Of a stretch of 64,000 bases of DNA, positions 25,393 through 35,613 are shown piece after piece (the first letter of the stretch is position 1; each line of letters opens with the position of its first letter). The stretch is taken from NCBI GenBank assembly GCA_965225705.1, contig OZ245325.1, positions 1,567,142 to 1,631,141 of the forward strand. The letters are read 5' to 3'. Source of the stretch: Maricaulaceae bacterium (GTDB taxonomy: Bacteria > Pseudomonadota > Alphaproteobacteria > Caulobacterales > Maricaulaceae). The notes beneath the pieces were generated by a model, which was not told the DNA's origin, searched no databases, and saw nothing but the letters and a program-made list of their open reading frames with translations. A program made the position numbers and the translations under genes.

Positions 25393-25577
25393 CCCTCTCA
25401 CGCCTTCGAAAGTGAGCGATAAGCGACCACTCCACAGTCTTATAATCTCTTATTCCTGCTATGTGGTATGTCTTTCTCCAAACTTTTTTCTTTCCTTAAT
25501 TTTTGAAAAATGTCAGGATTAAATTTTTTAATAAAAGCAACAAAATGTTGTATTAAAAAACCTTTGATCGCTTTAGG

Positions 25578-26801
25578 GTGACGTCTATGTCCTCAAAAAT
25601 AAAACTGGTCCTTTTGCTGGCAAGCCTAACAGCTCTCACCCCTTTTTCTATTGATGTGTATTTGCCAGCCCTTCCTGTTATTGCAGAAGATTTTCAGGCA
25701 GGCATTCACACGCTTGAACTGGCCCTTGGGATTTTTCTGATAGGGATTGCACTGGGGCAATTATTCGGGGGCGCTCTGTCAGACAGATTTGGTCGCAGAC
25801 CTGTCGCTTTAACTGGTTTGAGTATTTATATCCTTGCAACTCTTCTTCTGACTGTTACGCGCCATGTTGAATTTTTTCTTATTTTAAGATTAGTTCAGGC
25901 TTTCGGAGGCGGCTTCTCCGTTGTGACCACCATGGCTATCATTCGGGATCGCTATCACGGCGTAGAGGCTGCGAAACTTTTTGCCCTTATGGGGGTCATT
26001 ACTATGATAGCGCCCCTGACAGCCCCGGGCATTGGTGCTTTTTTACTCTCTTCCTTTGGGTGGCGTTTTATTTTTGGCTTTCTGGTTCTTTATGCAGTTT
26101 TCTTGCTTATCCTGCTTTTTACCTTTCTCCCGGAAACCAGAGAAAAGGACGTGCCATCTGCTCAAAAAGAGCCCATTTTTAAAGAAATTTTTCAACGTTA
26201 TAAAACTGTCTTTTCGCTCAGAAAAGCTGTAGGCTTTATTCTGTGCCAGGCTTTTTGCATGGGCTCTATGTTTGTCTTTCTTACAGAATCTTCTTTTGTA
26301 TATATCACGCTCTACCAGGTTACACCCCAGACTTATGCCATTCTCTTTGCGGGTAATATGTTGACCATGATGGCGTTTAACAGACTAACCTCCTGGCTTT
26401 TAAACAGGCATCCCCCCCTTAAAATCCTTAGCCTTGGCCTGATGGTCCAGTTTTCTGCAACGGGCCTTCTTTTGCTGTTGACCGTGATTTTTGAGCAGCC
26501 ACCTCTTCCTGTTTGTCTTGGTCTTATTATGCTCTCCGTAGGGTCTTTAGGCCTTATCACCCCTAATATCATGGCGTGCTATATGGAATTTTTTCCTAAA
26601 ACCGGAGGAACAGCGAATGCCGTTATGGGAACGGCTCAATTCGTCACAGGTGCTGGCCTCGGCATTTTGGTGTCCTTTCTCCATAACGGAACCCTCTTTC
26701 CCATGACAGGCATGATGTTTTTTTGCACAGGCTTTGGAATTCTTCTCTTTCTTCTGACAACGAAACCTTATGATACACAAGATCAGGCCACTCAGACTTA
26801 A
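25578..26801 (+). CDS. MFS transporter, Bcr/CflA-type drug efflux family
   Basis: 407-aa ORF that is hydrophobic throughout (consistent with the usual 12 MFS helices; not counted). The MFS signature is GALSDRFGRRPV. The N-terminal pattern (LTPFSIDVYLPALPVIAEDF) is typical of Bcr/CflA members. The start is GTG 25578 or ATG 25587. Confidence 0.8.
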   Translation: MTSMSSKIKLVLLLASLTALTPFSIDVYLPALPVIAEDFQAGIHTLELALGIFLIGIALGQLFGGALSDRFGRRPVALTGLSIYILATLLLTVTRHVEFFLILRLVQAFGGGFSVVTTMAIIRDRYHGVEAAKLFALMGVITMIAPLTAPGIGAFLLSSFGWRFIFGFLVLYAVFLLILLFTFLPETREKDVPSAQKEPIFKEIFQRYKTVFSLRKAVGFILCQAFCMGSMFVFLTESSFVYITLYQVTPQTYAILFAGNMLTMMAFNRLTSWLLNRHPPLKILSLGLMVQFSATGLLLLLTVIFEQPPLPVCLGLIMLSVGSLGLITPNIMACYMEFFPKTGGTANAVMGTAQFVTGAGLGILVSFLHNGTLFPMTGMMFFCTGFGILLFLLTTKPYDTQDQATQT

Positions 26802-26887
26802 GAGGTAAAACTATTTTCTTAATGAGAGAGAGGGCCCGTATTATTCCTTTTTTCATGTCATGAAAAAAATCCTCGTAAGCAAACCGT

Positions 26888-27505
26888 TTACTGAGCCAGT
26901 TTTTCTCTCAACACATCAATGGCCGCCTGAACACGCCCGCCATGATCACCAATAATGGCTGTAATCTGATCACGCTGAGCCTGAGCAAGCCAGACGCCTT
27001 TCACCTCAACATCAACCACTTTAAAGGTTTCAGATCTTTTAAGAAGCCGCCAGTTCACAATGAGAGGATCTCCACTTTTCAGACCAAGAATTTCTGTCTG
27101 CACAATTATATCTCCTGGATTACGCATCAGGGAACCCGTCACGCGGAGATCCTGGCCACTATACCGACCAAGCTCTGATTCATACGTGCTGACAGCATAT
27201 TCATAAAAAAGGTTTGAAAAAACTTTATAATCTTCAGGGGAAACCGCCCGCGCATAACGCCCAAGAACAAAGCGTGTTATCACCGGCACATTGACCAGTT
27301 TGTCTATCCTCGCCCTGAAAATTTTTTTCTTTTCCTGAAGAGGAAGTGCCTGATCACGAAGAACCTGAAGAACCTGACTGGCTTCTGATTGCACAAAGTT
27401 TTCAGCTCCTCTCTGAGAGGAGGAAACCTGAGCAGACATTGTTTGTGCAAAAGCCGGAGGACAAACAGAAAAAATAACAAGTAAGAAATAAGAAATATAT
27501 CGCAT
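26888..27505 (-). CDS. mlaC: MlaC/Ttg2D-family phospholipid-binding periplasmic protein
   Basis: Signal peptide MRYISYFLLVIFSVCPPAFA. The family pattern is ITRFVLGRYARAVSPEDYKVFSNLFYEYAVSTYESEL...FKVVDVEVKGVWLAQAQRDQ. The track ORF start at 27565 was trimmed. Confidence 0.78.
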   Translation of the reverse strand: MRYISYFLLVIFSVCPPAFAQTMSAQVSSSQRGAENFVQSEASQVLQVLRDQALPLQEKKKIFRARIDKLVNVPVITRFVLGRYARAVSPEDYKVFSNLFYEYAVSTYESELGRYSGQDLRVTGSLMRNPGDIIVQTEILGLKSGDPLIVNWRLLKRSETFKVVDVEVKGVWLAQAQRDQITAIIGDHGGRVQAAIDVLREKLAQ

Positions 27506-27744
27506 AACAGGAACACCTAATCCTTTATTCTTTGAAGTCTTTATAGATCGGTACAAGATGAACACGCCATGTACGATCCTGGTTCTCTATGATTTAACAT
27601 GAAACTCACCCCTCTTATTTTCAGGATTTTAAATATATGATTAAGGTGAGCCTCTGCAAAATAGTTATGCCTCATCAGGTAACAATAATATACTAAAGCA
27701 AGGAGAAAAAACACCCCCGGAGAGAGATAACCTTAGACAGGATT

Positions 27745-28515
27745 TTAGCTTTCCTCTGGCAGAAAGTTAAAATCAGGAAGGTTTTCCGGCAACAGATTGA
27801 AGTCAGGTTGATTTTTACTGACATTAGGGTTTGCATTGGTAATTTGCCTTTGCCTTATCTGGTAATAAAGGCTTCGTGTCTGGGCATATTCATCAAGGGC
27901 GGTGCGCCTCAAAGTTTCAATAGCTTCAAGGTTCCTCTCCCTTGCTGTCAACCCTGCAAGAACGGGGCGCCCCCAAAAAACATAACTCTCACCATCATAG
28001 TCTGCATAAGAAAGTGGGTGCATCTGAACATCCGCAAAACGTCCTGCAAAATCCCGTATATTGCTGGGTCCAAAAACAGGAAGGACAAGGTAGGGTCCTG
28101 CAGAAACACCGTACACTGCGAGAGTTTGTCCAAAATCTTCACGGTGATAGGGAAATCCTTCAAGCTTCGCAACATCAATAAAGCCAAACAGACCCCATAT
28201 GGAATTCACACCAAAGCGATAAACTGACCGGCCAGCATTGCGCCACTCCCCCTGCAGGAGACTATTCGCAAAATTAACAGGCTCACGAAGATTATGAAGA
28301 AAATTACCTATCCCTGTACGAACAGGGGGAGGTGTTATCTTACGATAGGCTTTTGCAGCAGGTTCCAGAACAACCTTATCAACACCCTTGTTAAAGGCAA
28401 AAACCTTACGGTTGAGCCCTTCAAAAGGATCATAGACTTCTTTTTCCCTGTCTGTTGTTGCACATGCAGAAATACAAACTAAAAGCACCAGACAGGCAAG
28501 ACGTAAGGATGACAT
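27745..28515 (-). CDS. mlaA: MlaA/VacJ family outer-membrane lipoprotein
   Basis: Lipobox LLVCISAC, then the VacJ core DPFEGLNRKVFAFNKGVDKVVLEPAAKAYRKITPPPVRTGIGNFLHNLREPVNFANSLLQG. Confidence 0.88.
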   Translation of the reverse strand: MSSLRLACLVLLVCISACATTDREKEVYDPFEGLNRKVFAFNKGVDKVVLEPAAKAYRKITPPPVRTGIGNFLHNLREPVNFANSLLQGEWRNAGRSVYRFGVNSIWGLFGFIDVAKLEGFPYHREDFGQTLAVYGVSAGPYLVLPVFGPSNIRDFAGRFADVQMHPLSYADYDGESYVFWGRPVLAGLTARERNLEAIETLRRTALDEYAQTRSLYYQIRQRQITNANPNVSKNQPDFNLLPENLPDFNFLPEES

Positions 28516-28769
28516 AAAGCTTTCTCCTTAACCAGACACTCAGACTTTATCTGAGAGACAAAACTCACAAGGCATATAAAAGCACAGCGCTCATATACCC
28601 CTTCACACTAACAAAATCAAAACAAACCTTCAATTCGTTTTCAGGTTTAGGAAAATACATAGGACATTGTTGATACTTTTCAAGGTATTTTTCCTGGCTT
28701 ATAAAAACATCAAAAGGCCACGTATCATCGTCTCCTTATATCGCGTGGCAAAGATGGAGATCTCATCCC

Positions 28770-30014
28770 ATGACCGGGGACCATAATTTTCTTGACCCCA
28801 AACATCACCCCTGGATGCGTACCCGGGCAACACGTCGTGTCATGGAGGTCCTCAACAACCTTTCTCAGGACTGCGCACGCTTTGTTGGAGGCTGTGTACG
28901 CGATTCGCTCATGGGACATCCCGTCAAAGATATTGATATTGCAACCTCCCTGACACCAGACGAGGTCATGAGAGCAGCACAACAAGCTGGCTTAAAAACT
29001 TACCCAACAGGCCTTCAGCATGGTACAGTCACTGTGGTGGCCTGTGGCACTGGCTTTGAGGTCACCACACTGCGCCGGGATGTCAGAACAGATGGGCGCC
29101 ATGCTCAAATAGCTCTGACACAGGACTGGGATCTTGATTCTCAAAGACGGGATTTTCGCCTGAATGCTATTTACGCTTTTCAGGATGGGCGTCTTTATGA
29201 TCCACAGGGCGGGCTCGATGATGCGTTAAGAGGACGTGTGCGCTTCATAGGTGACCCAGACGCACGTTTGCGCGAAGATTATCTTCGCCTTTTACGTTTT
29301 TTTCGCTTTCACGCCCGGTATGGGCAGGGGGCCCCTGATGAAGAAGGTCTCAGGGCCTGTCTTGCAGCAAGAGAGGGTTTGAAGCAGCTCTCACAGGAGC
29401 GTGTTTATAGTGAGCTTCAAAAACTCCTCTCAAGCCCTGACCCACGGCAGAGCCTTCATATCATGCAGACAACAGGTTTGTGGCATGACCTTGTCCCTGA
29501 AGCAGACAGGGAAGACAGGATAGAAGCTCTTATTTCCCTTGATCAAAAAGAGCAGGCAGAGCCGGATCCCCTCTTACGTTTGATGGCCATGACAGCATGC
29601 CGGCCTGCCACAGTGCGCGCTTTAGGGATACGTCTCAAAACTTCTAAAACAGAGCAGGACCGCCTTGACAAATGGGCTGATCCCCATCTTATACTGAAAG
29701 CACAGGATGATAAACAGACTGTCAAAAAAGCTCTTTATTATTTTGGCGCACAGGCTGTAGCGGACAGAGCCCGCCTTTCCCGCCTGCCTGAAAAACAGGA
29801 CGTTCCTCTCTGGCAGGATCTGGAACAGCTTGCCTTAAACTGGACATCTCCCACTTTTCCCCTGAAGGGCCGTCATCTGGTAGACGCCGGTGTTGAGCCC
29901 GGACCAGATTTAGGACAGGCACTCAAAAAAACAGAAGAATACTGGGTTGAGACAGGTTTTTCTTTAACACGTGAAGCTCTGATCCGTTATGCCCTCACAC
30001 AGGTCCTGCCCTGA
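28770..30014 (+). CDS. cca: CCA tRNA nucleotidyltransferase (poly(A) polymerase head-domain family)
   Basis: 414-aa ORF with head-domain motifs RFVGGCVRDSLMGHPVKDIDIAT, TLRRD and RRDFRLNAIY. Confidence 0.85.
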   Translation: MTGDHNFLDPKHHPWMRTRATRRVMEVLNNLSQDCARFVGGCVRDSLMGHPVKDIDIATSLTPDEVMRAAQQAGLKTYPTGLQHGTVTVVACGTGFEVTTLRRDVRTDGRHAQIALTQDWDLDSQRRDFRLNAIYAFQDGRLYDPQGGLDDALRGRVRFIGDPDARLREDYLRLLRFFRFHARYGQGAPDEEGLRACLAAREGLKQLSQERVYSELQKLLSSPDPRQSLHIMQTTGLWHDLVPEADREDRIEALISLDQKEQAEPDPLLRLMAMTACRPATVRALGIRLKTSKTEQDRLDKWADPHLILKAQDDKQTVKKALYYFGAQAVADRARLSRLPEKQDVPLWQDLEQLALNWTSPTFPLKGRHLVDAGVEPGPDLGQALKKTEEYWVETGFSLTREALIRYALTQVLP

Positions 30015-30150
30015 CGGATATACTCTTCATGGAACTGTAAAAAAAAGAAAAATGCCCTTTTTCTACAAAAAGCCAGGACATATGGGCTCAGCAAACCCCG
30101 CCACAACACTTCACCTCAAAATAAGGGCTTTAAGCAACATTCCCGATCTT

Positions 30151-31329
30151 TTAAGCGGCCAGGGTCATGCTGGAAAGAACTGTATAAAAAGACCAGTCCA
30201 GCCAGGGTGTTAAGGCTTTTATATCCTCTGTTTCAATTGTTGGCCCACACCAAATACGTAATCCCGGTGGGGCCAGACGATAAGCGCTGATATCAAAGGC
30301 AACATTTTCTTCTTCGAGAAGGCTTTCCATCTTTTGCATAAGGTGATGTTCAAATTCAGCACCGGCTTTGTTAAGACGGGGATCTGTAAACTTCAGGCAA
30401 ACACTTGTGTTAGAGCGCCAGAAAGGGTTTGTGCATGCATAGTCAATCCAGGGTGTTTCCTGAACCCAGACATCAAGAGCAGCCATATTGCGATCCGTGC
30501 GGGCGATAAGAGCTTCAAGACCTCCCTCATCACGTGCCCACTGAAGAGCTGCCAGATAATCTTCCACACACATCATAGAGGGTGTATTAATCACAGCCCC
30601 TTCAAACAGGTTGTCTTTAAACTCCCCCTTCTCTCTCAGGCGAAAAAGCTTTGGCACAGGCCATGGTGGCGTATAGGTGCGCATGCGTTCAAGGGCTCTC
30701 GGAGAAGCAATTAAAATGCCATGTTCCCCTTCTCCACCCATAACTTTTTGCCAGGAATAGGTAATAATATCAAGCTTTTCCCAGTCCATATCCTGTGCAA
30801 AAGCTGAAGAAGTAGCATCACAGATAACAAGCCCCTGACGCTCAGCGCTAATAAAATCAGCATTGGGAACACGAACCCCTGAAACCGTCCCATTCCAGGT
30901 AAAGACAAAATCTCTGTCGGGAGATATGTGTGTCAGATCCGGTAAATCCCCATAACCTGCTTCAAAAACACGGACATCTTCAAGACGAAGCTCACGGCAA
31001 ATATCATGAACCCACTCAAACCCAAATCTCTCCCAGGCTGCAACATCCACACCCCGCACACCTAAAAGATTCCAAAGGGCCAGCTCCATCGCCCCCGTAT
31101 CTCCACCGGGGACAAGAGCAACACGGTACCCCTTTGGAAGCTGAAGAAGATCATGTGTTTCCCTGAGTGCTTTTTGAATTCTCTTTTTACATGCCGGGGA
31201 ACGGTGAGAATAACCAAGCACAGCCTGATCAAGAGACTGATAAGACCATCCTGGAAATTTTTTGACCGGGCCGCAGGAAAAGCGTGGATCCTTTGGTTTA
31301 ATATGTGGTTTCAAAGGGGGCATCCCCAC
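30151..31329 (-). CDS. serC: Phosphoserine aminotransferase (long alphaproteobacterial type)
   Basis: 392-aa ORF with a class V aminotransferase fold and a probable PLP-lysine context YSWQKVMGGEGEHG. AAGGAGGG RBS lies upstream of the ATG at 31329. Confidence 0.82.
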   Translation of the reverse strand: MGMPPLKPHIKPKDPRFSCGPVKKFPGWSYQSLDQAVLGYSHRSPACKKRIQKALRETHDLLQLPKGYRVALVPGGDTGAMELALWNLLGVRGVDVAAWERFGFEWVHDICRELRLEDVRVFEAGYGDLPDLTHISPDRDFVFTWNGTVSGVRVPNADFISAERQGLVICDATSSAFAQDMDWEKLDIITYSWQKVMGGEGEHGILIASPRALERMRTYTPPWPVPKLFRLREKGEFKDNLFEGAVINTPSMMCVEDYLAALQWARDEGGLEALIARTDRNMAALDVWVQETPWIDYACTNPFWRSNTSVCLKFTDPRLNKAGAEFEHHLMQKMESLLEEENVAFDISAYRLAPPGLRIWCGPTIETEDIKALTPWLDWSFYTVLSSMTLAA

Positions 31330-32178
31330 CCTCCTTTCCCTGGCAGCAGCGTGTATTTGAGAGCAGTCTTACATATAGAGGTTTTTTACCCTTATGAGAA
31401 GACAAAAAATCCTCTTACAGGAAGAGCGACAAAAAGACCATATATATCATGTAGTTATTAACAATAACAAGAAAAGTTCTAAACCTTCACTATCGCTCAC
31501 TATAAGGTGAAGCTTCATCTGAAAATTTCCTTCAAACCCTATACTGTTGAACAACCCAGAGGATTATACAGGCTATGGGATCACAATTTCTCTTGCTTTA
31601 TGGACAACTGTAAGGGAATCGTCCACCATATTTGCCAGGACATGCCCGAACGCAAAGAAAACATCACACCAGATTTATTGATCTGTTGAAATTGCTGACC
31701 TTTTTGTTCCCAGTGATGGGGATCTCATCCATGTAAATTTTTAATGGCAATATAACACAAGCTATATTCATGATGACGACCTCGATCATCATCCGTTTTT
31801 TGTAAGGAATAGATAAAATATCAGCACCAGCCTCATTCAAACAGGCCGTTATCGAAGCAAGATCCCCCTTAAACCGCCCAAGCCTGTGACCAGAAAGAAC
31901 GAACCCTGTTGTCCTGAAACTGCCTGACTTTATCCTGCAGAGCGTTCCTCTACTTTACCAATATCAACACGGATATCGGCTGCGTCGTCATGACCAGCTT
32001 CCGTCCAAACCGGATGATGGTGCGCTGTGGTATCAAAACGTATGGCAGATACACGCACCTCTTGCAGCTTCCCCCCTGAGAACCCCCACCATCACACAAA
32101 GGATAACAGCACGGCAGGTAAAACTCAAAAAAGGGCTATATATCGGGCCTGAACTGTGGTGAGCTTCGCTAAAGTAAG

Positions 32179-35100
32179 CTAGTTTTCAAGCGTCTCCCAC
32201 TTTTTCCACAAGGTTTTTTCATAAGTAGCGGTGGTTTTGAAAGAGGCTTCTTTCACATGTCCATAACCCCGAATACCATCCGGCGTGCTGGCAAGCCGGA
32301 CTGCCAGGCTATGGTTTTCAGCCTTAAGTCCCGCAAGAAGACGATCTGTTTTCACCTCATAGTCCTGAATAAGACGTCGCTCCATCTTCCGCTCTTCCGT
32401 ATATCCAAAAATATCAAAGGGTGTCCCACGTAATCTCTTAAAAACTTTCAGTATTCTGAAGAGTTTAAAAACCCAGGGACCATAGGCACGTTTTTTCAAA
32501 TGGCCTGTGACGGGATCGCGCTTTGAAAACAGAGGTGGTGCTAAATGGAGTTTCAGATGATATGGTCCTGAAAACGCCCCTTTAAGCTTTTCCTGAAAAG
32601 CCCCATCGGTATAGAGGCGTGCCACTTCATACTCATCCTTATAGGCCATAAGTTTGGCTGCATAAAAAGCCACGGCACGGGTCAGGTTGTCACCAAGGTC
32701 CAGCTCCTGTTCACGCGCCTGTACTTTTTTCACCAGAGCCCGGTAACGTTGTGCGTAAGCTTTGCTCTGATAGGCCGTCAGCAAAGCCTCACGATGTTGT
32801 GTTAAGGCCTCCAAAGACTGAGGCTGGTTTTCAGGCTCAGATTTAGGCAGAAGCTCTTTTAAGGCTTCAAAATCATGTGCAGCCAGACGGCCTGCCTCAA
32901 AAGCCATACGGTTTTGCTTAATACTCACGCCGTTAAGCTCTATAGCCCGATAGAGAGCGCGGCTTGAAACCGGCACAGCACCATGCTGCCAGGCAAAACC
33001 TAAAAGGAGCATATTAGCGTAAATCGTATCCCCAAACAAAGCCTGAGCAAGGCCAGAGGCATGGAAATCATGGGCCGTTTCAACCCCCTCACGAATGGCG
33101 CGTGCATAAAGCGGAGCTTCAAATGTTTTATCCCGCTCAGTAACAAAGTCTTTGGTGGGCGTCACATCCCTGTTAAAAAAGCCGGTTGTACGCTCTTTAT
33201 GTGTCATCCGCAGACAGTCTTCCCCTGCAGCTACGATAAGATCACAGGCCATAAGAACATCTGCAGAAGCCGGAGGCACACGTCCTGAACGGATAGCATC
33301 CGGGGTTTTCGCAAAGCGAACATGGGATAAAACAGCCCCGCCTTTTTGTGCAAGCCCCGTCATGTCAAGAACACTCGCAGCACGGCCATCAATATGCGCT
33401 GCCATCGCCAAAATAGCAGCAACCGTTGTCACCCCTGTTCCTCCAACACCTGAAAAGACAAGATTATAAACCTCTTCTGAAGAGGCAGCAGGTGGGGGTG
33501 TCGGCACAGATGCACTATCAAAATGAAGCGTTTTTTGGGGAGCTTTGCGGGGCTCTGCACCCTCCACAGAGACAAAGGAGGGACAAAACCCCTCAACACA
33601 GGACATATCCTGATTGCAGGAGGCCTGATTAATGATTCTCTTACGCCCCAGTTCTGTTTCCAAAGGCTCAACAGACAGACACTGGGAAGCCAGAGAACAG
33701 TCTCCACACCCCTCACACACGGCCTCATTGATAAAGGCCCGCGCTGGTGCTTTGGCCATCAGGCCCCGCTTGCGGCGGCGGCGTTTTTCCGTAGCACACA
33801 CCTGTTCATAGACGATAACAGAGACACCAGGGGTTTCACGGAAGGCACGCTGGACGGTTTCCAGGTCGCTTCGATCATGAAGAGGAACACCGGAAGGTTT
33901 GTTCTCCCCGTGATAATGTTCAGGATGATCGGTCACCAGAGCCAGAGTTTTCACCCCTTCAGCCTTCAGCTGTTCCAGAACCTGATGGGGGGAAATAGCC
34001 TTCATTTCGGGGCTCTGCCCCCCCGTCATAGCCACAGCATCATTGAGAAGAATTTTATAGGTGATATTCACCCCGGCAGCGAGAGACGCACGGATAGCCA
34101 GTGAGCCTGAATGCGAATAGGTCCCATCACCAAGATTGACAAACACATGGTTTTCATCCGTAAAAGGCGCATGACCAATCCAGGCGACACCCTCCGCGCC
34201 CATATGGCTTGCCATATCTGTTTTGGGATCATTAAGAAAAGTCATATAATGGCAGCCAATACCAGCAAGGGCCCTGGACCCTTCCGGAAGTTTTGTTGAC
34301 GTATTATGCGGGCAGCCAGAGCAAAAAAACGGGGCACGTGCATCCTTGCTGTGTTCGGCTTCAGCGATGCGGGCGCTCTCAACCTCTCGCGCAAGATAAC
34401 CTTCAGCACGTTCCTGATGAGGCCCATCAGGGAGGAGCTCCAAAAGTGCAGATGCCAGATCCACCAAAGGTATACTCAGTGTCTCAGGCAGCCAGGGCCG
34501 GCCATCCGGACCCTTTTTCCCCAAAAGGCGCGGACGCTCAGCTTCAGGTAAATCATAAAGAGCTGCTTTGACCTGAGGCTCAATGAGAGGACGTTTATGC
34601 TCCACAACGAAAACCGTCTCAAGTCCACGCGCAAACCGGCGCAGTCCTTCCTCTTCCAAAGGCCAGGGCATGGCAAGCTTATAGACAGACAGGCCCAGAT
34701 CAGCAGCCTCTTCCTCTGTGATCCCCATGGCGTCCAGAGCTTCAAAAATATCGCGCGCGGCCTGTCCCGTTGTCACAATCCCCAAACGGGGTTTTGCGCT
34801 TTGAAGAATAATTTTATCCAGACCATGAGAACGCACAAAAGCCTGTGCTGCCGGAATTTTATACCGGCGCATACGCTCTTCCTTCGCCAAAGGCGCATCC
34901 TTAGGACGTAAAGAAACACCATCAGGGGGAAATTCAAAATCGGGTGCATGAAAATCCAGGCGATCTAAATCTATATGACATACCGCCCCTGAATCCATTG
35001 TATCTGCCAGAGCTATTAACCCCGTCCAGCACCCCGAAAAACGTGACATAGCCCAGCCATAGAGGCCATAGTCCAGGACTTCCTGAATGGAAGAAGGGTG

Positions 35101-35613
35101 GAGAACAGGAATTTCTGCATCTGCAAAAGCAAATTCAGATTGAGAGGGCAGAGTGGAGGATTTGCATAAAGGATCATCGCCAGCCACAGCCAGCACACCA
35201 CCATGGCGTGACGTGCCTGCGAAATTGGCATGCTTAAAGGCATCACCTGATCGATCAACCCCCGGGGCCTTGCCATACCACAGACCAAAAACACCATCAT
35301 AGCGGGCACCGGGAAAGCTCCCCGTCATCTGGGAGCCCCAAACAGCCGTTGCACCCAGATCTTCGTTAAGCCCCTCTTTGAAAACAATATTATGGCCCTC
35401 AAGAAATTTCTGTGCCCGGTGGAGTTGCTGGTCATACCCCCCTAAAGGGGAACCCCTGTACCCGGAGATAAAGCCCGCCGTTGTCAAACCTGCCCGGTGA
35501 TCAAGACGTGCCTGATCTAAAGGCAGGCGGACAAGGGCCTGAATACCTGTGATGAAAACACGCCCCTCCTGAAGACGGTATTTATCTTCAAGTGTAATAT
35601 TACGATGTTTCAT
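32179..35613 (-). CDS. Indolepyruvate ferredoxin oxidoreductase family protein (fused alpha/beta)
   Basis: 1144-aa ORF. The N-terminus LEDKYRLQEGRVFITGIQALVRLPLDQ, the TPP-binding region (GDGTYSHSG) and the Cys clusters (CEGCGDCS) are typical of the ~1150-aa fused IOR family. Confidence 0.88.
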   Translation of the reverse strand: MKHRNITLEDKYRLQEGRVFITGIQALVRLPLDQARLDHRAGLTTAGFISGYRGSPLGGYDQQLHRAQKFLEGHNIVFKEGLNEDLGATAVWGSQMTGSFPGARYDGVFGLWYGKAPGVDRSGDAFKHANFAGTSRHGGVLAVAGDDPLCKSSTLPSQSEFAFADAEIPVLHPSSIQEVLDYGLYGWAMSRFSGCWTGLIALADTMDSGAVCHIDLDRLDFHAPDFEFPPDGVSLRPKDAPLAKEERMRRYKIPAAQAFVRSHGLDKIILQSAKPRLGIVTTGQAARDIFEALDAMGITEEEAADLGLSVYKLAMPWPLEEEGLRRFARGLETVFVVEHKRPLIEPQVKAALYDLPEAERPRLLGKKGPDGRPWLPETLSIPLVDLASALLELLPDGPHQERAEGYLAREVESARIAEAEHSKDARAPFFCSGCPHNTSTKLPEGSRALAGIGCHYMTFLNDPKTDMASHMGAEGVAWIGHAPFTDENHVFVNLGDGTYSHSGSLAIRASLAAGVNITYKILLNDAVAMTGGQSPEMKAISPHQVLEQLKAEGVKTLALVTDHPEHYHGENKPSGVPLHDRSDLETVQRAFRETPGVSVIVYEQVCATEKRRRRKRGLMAKAPARAFINEAVCEGCGDCSLASQCLSVEPLETELGRKRIINQASCNQDMSCVEGFCPSFVSVEGAEPRKAPQKTLHFDSASVPTPPPAASSEEVYNLVFSGVGGTGVTTVAAILAMAAHIDGRAASVLDMTGLAQKGGAVLSHVRFAKTPDAIRSGRVPPASADVLMACDLIVAAGEDCLRMTHKERTTGFFNRDVTPTKDFVTERDKTFEAPLYARAIREGVETAHDFHASGLAQALFGDTIYANMLLLGFAWQHGAVPVSSRALYRAIELNGVSIKQNRMAFEAGRLAAHDFEALKELLPKSEPENQPQSLEALTQHREALLTAYQSKAYAQRYRALVKKVQAREQELDLGDNLTRAVAFYAAKLMAYKDEYEVARLYTDGAFQEKLKGAFSGPYHLKLHLAPPLFSKRDPVTGHLKKRAYGPWVFKLFRILKVFKRLRGTPFDIFGYTEERKMERRLIQDYEVKTDRLLAGLKAENHSLAVRLASTPDGIRGYGHVKEASFKTTATYEKTLWKKWETLEN

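Noticed and set aside
25538-25550. 5-3-5 palindrome CAACA-aaa-TGTTG about 30 nt upstream of the MFS transporter start, as a possible operator.
   Set aside because: It is short, in very AT-rich DNA where such palindromes arise by chance, and there is no adjacent regulator gene.
26830-26870. A/T-only palindrome TTTTTTCATGTCATGAAAAAA between the convergent MFS and mlaC genes, as a possible bidirectional terminator.
   Set aside because: The stem is almost entirely A-T with a 3-nt loop, so I consider it too weak to annotate.
28753-28769. The shared string GATCTCATCC occurs at 28757 and again at 31722, and was considered as possible repeat-element ends.
   Set aside because: Ten-mer coincidences are expected many times in 64 kb, and no extended similarity flanks either copy.
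31507-31689. 60-aa GTG-initiated plus-strand ORF in the serC upstream gap.
   Set aside because: It has no RBS or recognisable family, and it lies opposite the minus-strand frame fragments. The region is kept only as part of the ORF-poor gap finding.
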